A stretch of DNA of 20,413 nucleotides from Malacoraja senta (taxonomy: Eukaryota), in assembly GCA_038087875.1 (NCBI GenBank), contig JAXLNO010000081.1, positions 186,001 to 206,413 of the forward strand, written 5' to 3'. Positions 19,540 through 20,413 of the stretch are shown one piece after another; the stretch's first letter is position 1, and every line of letters begins with the position of its first letter. Made by a program: the position numbers and the translations under genes. The notes under the pieces were generated by a model. The model was not told the origin of the DNA. It was given only the letters and a program-made list of their open reading frames with translations, and did not search any database.

Positions 19540-20038
19540 GCCAAGTACGTTTTGCAAAATACTGGGAATTTGATTTGCCATACAGTCATACCAATAAAGA
19601 GCAACAAGACACCCAAATAAATGATTAACATGAATATCCATCACAGCGACTCCCCCACATTCCTCACTGTGATGGAAGGCAAAAAAAAGTTCAATTTTCT
19701 TCCCTTCTTTGTTCTCTCGCGGTCGGGGCACTCGAACCTTCCATTGTCGGGGCGATCTTGGCTCCCGCAACCGGCGGTTGAGCCCTCCGTGTCGGGGCAA
19801 TCAAGCTCCCCCGCAGCCGGTGGTCGGACCACGGGTCGGGGCTAATCGAACCTCAAGCTTCCCGACATCAGTCACTACCCGAGACTGCGAGCTCCTCGAT
19901 GTTGAAATCCGCAGGCCGCGGTTGGAGCGTCGATCTCAGGCAAGGGATCGCAGGCTCCGATGGTAAGTCCAAGGCCCCGCGGTGGGGCTCAAAGTTAGTC
20001 TTGAGCAATGCCGCCAGCTCCATGATGTTAGGCCGCAA
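19438..20038 (-). mobile_element. GC-rich non-autonomous retroelement, 5'-truncated (copy D)
   Basis: Minus strand gcggcctaacatcatggagctggcggc..gccccgac repeats..gccttccatcacagtgagga aligns to copy A. Its terminal segment differs (caaatcaaattccc..cgtacttggctaataaag). Confidence 0.82.
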
Positions 20039-20039
20039 T

Positions 20040-20413
20040 CTGCAGAAGCAAATGGAAAAGTTGGAAGAGTGAGCAGAGAAGTGGCAGATGGAATACAGTG
20101 TAGCAAAGTGTGGGTCATGCATTTTGGTAGTCGGAATAAAGGTGTAGACTATTTTCTAAATGGGAGGAGAATTCCAAAATTGGAAGTGCAAAGGGATTTG
20201 GGGGACCTGGTGCAGGATTCTGAAGAAGTTAATTTGGCAAGTTGAATCAGTAACAATGAAGGCAAATGCAATGATAACATTTATTTTGAGTGGCCTAGAA
20301 TAAAAAACAGGGATGCAATGCTGAGGCTTTATAAGGCACGAGTTGGACCGCAGATTTGGAGTATTGTGAGGAGATTTGGGCCCCTTAATCTAAGGAAGAA
20401 CGTAACTGGGTGT
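20040..20413 (+). mobile_element. Older CR1 ORF2 fragment
   Basis: ..EKWQMEYSVAKC(fs)VMHFGSRNKGVDYFLNG..VQRDLGDLVQDS..KANAM..LRLYKA.. Confidence 0.88.

Overview
Repeat-dense, gene-free vertebrate DNA, most likely from a cartilaginous fish such as a skate or ray. This host call is an inference from HE1-like V-SINEs with CR1-type tails, abundant CR1 and Rex1/Babar LINEs and a Penelope-derived short element. I found no convincing host exon. Positions ~6335-19170 form a five-level transposon nest whose junctions can be rejoined at base level. A Rex1/Babar LINE 3' end is split by a GC-rich non-autonomous retroelement (6628-18867, CTATT duplication). That element is split by a near full-ORF2 L2 LINE (6874-18487). 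The L2 is interrupted four times: (i) a 5.2-kb non-autonomous Helitron on the minus strand (8787-13989; 5'-TC, hairpin plus CTAA-3', A^T target, no TSD), which carries 30-bp and 41-bp tandem arrays, the latter holding a 5'-truncated L1 with a 15-bp TSD; (ii) a GC-rich element with an L2-type tail; (iii) a Passport-like Tc1 transposon; (iv) another GC-rich element. The four GC-rich elements share body modules but end in at least three different LINE-like tails. The rest of the window holds CR1 and Rex1 fragments, SINEs, a ~520-bp polypurine tract, a hammerhead-like core in a Penelope-type fragment, and a few short unique segments with possible regulatory motifs.
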